64,000 nt of DNA, from positions 288,001 to 352,000 of the forward strand of contig CAWGMQ010000008.1 of assembly GCA_963823665.1 (NCBI GenBank), in the 5' to 3' direction. The position numbers and the translations under genes were made by a program. Positions 59,730 through 64,000 of this stretch are shown one piece after another. Below the pieces are notes generated by a model. The model ran no database searches and was not told the DNA's origin. It was given only the letters and a program-made list of their open reading frames with translations. Every line of letters begins with the position of its first letter. The first letter of the stretch is position 1. Source of the stretch: an uncultured Planctomycetota bacterium. Lineage in GTDB: Bacteria > Planctomycetota > Planctomycetia > Isosphaerales > Isosphaeraceae.

Positions 59730-62003
59730 ATGACATTTCAAGCCAATCCCGAAGCCATACCTTACCTCGTCGCCGCGATCGTTTCGGCGCTGCTGGCGGT
59801 CTTCGCCTGGCGAAGGCGCGGCCAGGCGATGGCGCCGGCGTTCGCCGTGATGATGACGGGCGAGGCTGCGTGGGCCCTGTTCGAGGCGCTCGAGCTTGTG
59901 GTCGTGGAGATTGCGGCCAAACAACCGTTCTTCGAGCTGAGGAACGCGGGCGCGGTCACGGCGATTCTCGGTCTGCTCGCGGTCGTGCTGCGCTATACCG
60001 GTCACGTCGAGTGGCTCAAGCTGCCCGTGTTCACCGCGATTTGCACGCCGGCCGTCGTACTCATTCTCTTCGCCTGGACGAACAACTGGCACCACTTCTA
60101 CTGGTATGGGCACATACCTGTCAGCGTGCGCGGCTTCGCTTTCGCCCGGCCGATCTACGGGCCGGGTTTCTGGGTGCATTTCACTTACTGCTACGGCCTG
60201 GTCGCGGCCTCAACGATCTTGCTGGCCCAGGCGGTGGTGACATCGGCCGGGCTATACCGCGTGCAGGCAGCCGTCATGCTCTTCGGGGTGCTCTTGCCGT
60301 GGTTCGTGAATATGCTCGACATGTCACAGGTTCTGGGCGTGATGTACACCGATACCGCGGCGATGACGTTCGCCGTCACAGGCCTGGCGTTTCTGCCGGC
60401 CGTGTTGCGCTACCGATTGCTTGAGCTCAAGCCGGTTGCCTGGGCGTCGGTGGTTCGCGAAATGAACGACCCCGTGCTCGTGATCGATGCCTCCGGCCAG
60501 CTCGTCGAGCTGAACCAGGCGGCACAGCGGCTCTCTGGCCGCCCGCTGAACGAATTGCTCGGCATCGACGTGGCCCGATCATTCTCGCGGTGGCCGGAGC
60601 TGCTGCAGCGGCTCAAGGTGATGCCCGAGCAAGGGGAATCGAGCTTCGAGCTTGCGGGGCCCGAGCCGCAGGCAACGGCGGCAGCCTTTGACGCCAGGAT
60701 CTCCCGGCTGGGGGGCCATGCCGAGCTCCTGGGCTGGGTGGTCGTGTTGCGTGACATCACCGAGCATAAACGTGCTGAGGAGGAACGAGTGCGCATGTTG
60801 TCGGAGCGGGCTGCCCGAGCCGAAGCCGAGGCCGCGAACCGCGCCAAGGATCGGTTCCTCGCGACGCTGAGCCATGAGCTGCGCACTCCGCTCACTCCGG
60901 TTCTCGCGGCAGTCACCGGCATGCTGGGCGACGCCGCGACGCCCGAGTCGCTGCGCGTCGTACTGGAAATGATTCGCCGGAACATCACGCTCGAGTCCCG
61001 GCTGATTGACGACCTGCTCGATCTGGCGCGAATTCGCAAAGGCGCGCTGGACTTGAAGCGCGAGAACATCGACGCCCACGACCTGATCAAGCACGTGATC
61101 GCGATCTGCGACGACGATTTTCGGCGAGCGGAAATCAAGCTGGGCCTCGACCTCGCGGCGAGTGAGCACCACGTGAGTGCCGACCCGATTCGCTTCCAGC
61201 AGGCACTGTGGAACCTGATCAAGAACGCGATCAAGTTCACCCCCGCAGGCGGCCGCGTGAGCGTGCGTACGGTCAATCGGCAGAACGGCCCGGGCTCGTG
61301 TGACGGCGCGGCCTTGCTGCTGGAAGTGAGCGACACCGGCATCGGCATCGAAGCGAACATGATCGACCGGATCTTCGACATCGCCGAGCAGGGGGGAACC
61401 GCCGCAAGCCGGCGGTTTGGCGGCCTGGGATTGGGGCTCCTGCTCAGCCGCTCGATCATCGAGGGCCACGGCGGCAAGATCATGGCGGCGAGTCGCGGCG
61501 CCGGGCTGGGTGCCACGTTCACGATCCAGATCCCGACGGTGTCTACGCCCGCGCCGGTTCCAGAACGCGAGTCTGGCCCGGTGGAATCGAGTGCGACCGC
61601 GACCAGAACGACTCCGCGCCGCCTGAAGATCCTGCTCGTCGACGACAACGCCGACACGCTCGTGTTCCTGTCGACAATGCTCGCTCGCCGGGGCCACGAC
61701 GTCGCCACCGCGAGCGAGATGGCCGAGGCGCTTCGGCTCGCGACCGAAGGCGATTGCGACTTGCTGATCAGCGACATCGAGCTCCCCGACGGCAGCGGCC
61801 TCGAGCTGATGGAATCCATCCGCTCCCGCAAGCCGATTCCGGGGATCGCCCTTTCGGGATTTGGTTCCGCGGGCGACATCGAGCAAAGCCTGGCGGCCGG
61901 GTTTGCCGTTCACCTCACCAAGCCCGTCGACTTCCGCCGGCTTGAACGAGTCATCGAGCAGATTGCCGCCGGCGCGGCAGCCGAAAGCGCGGTCAGCGGT
62001 TGA
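59730..62003 (+). CDS. Hybrid sensor kinase (HisKA_7TM - PAS - HisKA - HATPase - receiver)
   Basis: Multi-TM N-terminus, FLATLSHELRTPL, NLIKNAIKF, DTGIG, GLGLGL, ILLVDDN, SDIELP, HLTKP. Confidence 0.93.
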   Translation: MTFQANPEAIPYLVAAIVSALLAVFAWRRRGQAMAPAFAVMMTGEAAWALFEALELVVVEIAAKQPFFELRNAGAVTAILGLLAVVLRYTGHVEWLKLPVFTAICTPAVVLILFAWTNNWHHFYWYGHIPVSVRGFAFARPIYGPGFWVHFTYCYGLVAASTILLAQAVVTSAGLYRVQAAVMLFGVLLPWFVNMLDMSQVLGVMYTDTAAMTFAVTGLAFLPAVLRYRLLELKPVAWASVVREMNDPVLVIDASGQLVELNQAAQRLSGRPLNELLGIDVARSFSRWPELLQRLKVMPEQGESSFELAGPEPQATAAAFDARISRLGGHAELLGWVVVLRDITEHKRAEEERVRMLSERAARAEAEAANRAKDRFLATLSHELRTPLTPVLAAVTGMLGDAATPESLRVVLEMIRRNITLESRLIDDLLDLARIRKGALDLKRENIDAHDLIKHVIAICDDDFRRAEIKLGLDLAASEHHVSADPIRFQQALWNLIKNAIKFTPAGGRVSVRTVNRQNGPGSCDGAALLLEVSDTGIGIEANMIDRIFDIAEQGGTAASRRFGGLGLGLLLSRSIIEGHGGKIMAASRGAGLGATFTIQIPTVSTPAPVPERESGPVESSATATRTTPRRLKILLVDDNADTLVFLSTMLARRGHDVATASEMAEALRLATEGDCDLLISDIELPDGSGLELMESIRSRKPIPGIALSGFGSAGDIEQSLAAGFAVHLTKPVDFRRLERVIEQIAAGAAAESAVSG

Positions 62004-62004
62004 T

Positions 62005-63426
62005 CTACCGTACATAGATCGGATTCGAGTAAATCCAGCCGCGCGCTTCACCGGCGAGCTCGAGCCAACTCTCGACACGGTAGACTCCCGGGGAATCGAG
62101 GGCAAAGTCCATGTTCGTTCCAGATTGATCCGCGATGCACTTCCCGCCCTTGATCAAGCGAATGCGGCAAGGCGCGGGGAACTCCGCAACCAGCCGCATT
62201 TCGGGGGCGAACTTCACCAGATCTCCCATGACGGCGTGGCGCTCGCTCTTGGCGCTGGCACCATCGCGCGAGTGAACCGGGTCGATCAGCTCGAATCGAA
62301 TCCCGGTGGGGTCGCACATCCAGTCGTGGCTCACGTAGGCATGGCCGGCGCGGAGCGCGTCGCGAAGGGCCGTTTCGCTCAGCTCCGGCGCGAGAATGTG
62401 TGTGCTCACATTGAGGAACGAGCGGCTGTAGGGATCGAAGTCGATCCGCGCCAGAATATCGCCGCGCTCGTGCCCCTTCGTGAGCTCTCGGATCCCTGGG
62501 CGCAACGTGGCATTGACCGTACGCATCTCCTTGTCTGAATCGACATTTGTGCCGATCTTGACGCTATTTTCGTCGACCATCTTCACCAGGAGGATGTAGT
62601 TGTGATGGCAGTCGTTGGCGGCAACTCCGGTCAGGCGGCGAGTCTGCGTCTCGGCGTCCCACTTGGCCAGATAGTCAGCCGGGTATTGCACCTGTGACCC
62701 GAAAAGCTCAGCCGGGAAGAGCTTCAGGCTCTCCTCGAGCTCTCGGAGGCTGGCCGGGGCGGTGAGCTTGAGCATGATCGCGAGCAGTCCGGCCCCGTCT
62801 TTCTTGGCATCGAAGTGGCGGTTATAGATCTCCATGCCATCCAGGCCCGCCATGGAATGGTCCGGCCTTTCCTCGATATGCGACAGAAAGATCAGGCCGG
62901 CGTCGGCGCGGGTAGCCTCGATCAAGGCGGCCGTGGGGCCATTCATGTTTTCCATGATGGAACGGGTCGGATAAAGCAGGAATCCGTTTGCCTCGGATCC
63001 CGGCACGAAGAGCACTCCCTCGTGCAGGCCGCGCCAACTGTCGCGAATGAAGTCTCTGGGCGGCCGATGATGGTCGCTCAGGAAGATCGCCTGGACGCCG
63101 GCTTTCCTGGCTTCGGAAAGCATTTCCGGCCGCGTTCCACCCGTATGCGACGAGTCTTCGGCATGCGCGTGCAGGATTGCTCGATAGTCATTCAAGCCCG
63201 GTAGCGCCGGCAGCCCGCGCCTGGTTTTGCGGATACGCTCGACATCGTCGTGTGTTGCCTTCAGCCTCGCCGGCACCATCCGTTCGGTGGGAGTATACGA
63301 ACGGCGCGCGACTTGAGATAGACTGCCGCCGGTTGGGCCCTTACGCGTTGGCTGTTCCGACGCGGCGCTCACGGCGGCGAGGGAGCCAATCAGCCAGTAG
63401 ATCGAGGCCGGCACGCATCGTTTCAT
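62005..63426 (-). CDS. Exported PHP-family metal-dependent hydrolase
   Basis: Signal-like N-terminus; HAHAEDS, LSDH, GSE, LSH, GMEIYN and ANDCH motifs. Confidence 0.75.
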   Translation of the reverse strand: MKRCVPASIYWLIGSLAAVSAASEQPTRKGPTGGSLSQVARRSYTPTERMVPARLKATHDDVERIRKTRRGLPALPGLNDYRAILHAHAEDSSHTGGTRPEMLSEARKAGVQAIFLSDHHRPPRDFIRDSWRGLHEGVLFVPGSEANGFLLYPTRSIMENMNGPTAALIEATRADAGLIFLSHIEERPDHSMAGLDGMEIYNRHFDAKKDGAGLLAIMLKLTAPASLRELEESLKLFPAELFGSQVQYPADYLAKWDAETQTRRLTGVAANDCHHNYILLVKMVDENSVKIGTNVDSDKEMRTVNATLRPGIRELTKGHERGDILARIDFDPYSRSFLNVSTHILAPELSETALRDALRAGHAYVSHDWMCDPTGIRFELIDPVHSRDGASAKSERHAVMGDLVKFAPEMRLVAEFPAPCRIRLIKGGKCIADQSGTNMDFALDSPGVYRVESWLELAGEARGWIYSNPIYVR

Positions 63427-64000
63427 TCCGCACCTTGGAAAGTTAAGTGTTGCTGTAAAACAACGCGCCGTCCCCCGGAGTCAACGACACGGAACACAGC
63501 TTGTCCCGAAGTGACGTAGGTTTGCGTAGGAACATCGGTCGAGACGAAACGACAACCGCCTCGCCGGCAGACCAGACCGCGATCGGTCCTGAGCAATCCT
63601 GGTCGATCAAGCCGCGTCTTGGCGCTATCGCTCCTCGCAGGGGCGTCCGCACCGCTGGTACTCGAGGCACCTGTGCACGGTCCGGGCGTTCGGCGTGCGC
63701 GCCGTTGCCGGGATGTCCGGCTCATTATCGGGGACAGAGGTCAGCAATGCATCTACATTCCTGGGCGGAGTCGATCACCAAACCTGTCGGGCGAGTCGCC
63801 CGGGCACTCGGTCTTCGTGTGCTGGGATCGGAGTTTGTGATGGAGCGCGGGTTGCCGTTATGCGCTTTGCTCGTCCTCTGTCTTCGTCACGCGGTTGCTT
63901 CGATCAGCGTGTGAAATCAACATGTCGCGATGACGGATTCGCAAGAGCGGATCGCATCGGTCAGAGTTTGGTTGCAGGGGGGATGCCAGCGCCCGATCAA

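Noticed and set aside
63427..64000. Short ORFs at the window end
   Set aside because: No motifs or convincing starts; probably intergenic.

Overview
GC-rich bacterial DNA, very probably from a planctomycete (LEPR-XLL leader, dockerins, PEP-CTERM and 'RFTLRSMM'-type N-termini; the taxon is inferred). Bases 1-17.5 kb are mostly housekeeping: moaD-moaE-moaA, two YkgJ-type Cys-cluster genes, HU/IHF, pcm, an M24 peptidase, rex, ribD, an anti-sigma-like gene, lpxA and a Gfo/Idh/MocA oxidoreductase. A small accessory patch around tRNA-Gln holds higBA, a tandem paralog pair and a HEPN-like/BolA-like pair. Bases 17960-58701 read as ONE giant gene of ~13,580 aa once five 1-2 bp indels are corrected; these are probably sequencing errors, since similar indels break pcm and the peptidase. 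Its order is: LEPR-XLL leader, 256-aa beta-helix-like repeats, LamG, ~21 CARDB, beta-propellers, ~9 He_PIG Ig domains, an internal dockerin, a full Rhs/YD shell with DPxG core, a compositionally foreign toxin-like segment that is INTERNAL rather than C-terminal, then an HExxH domain, an MBG/YDG stalk and a C-terminal dockerin. The next gene is not an immunity gene but a PEP-CTERM protein whose single domain looks like a cohesin. This suggests cohesin-dockerin surface tethering of a giant Rhs adhesin/toxin. The window ends with a HisKA_7TM hybrid kinase and a PHP-family protein. All domain names come from motif recognition by eye, not database searches.
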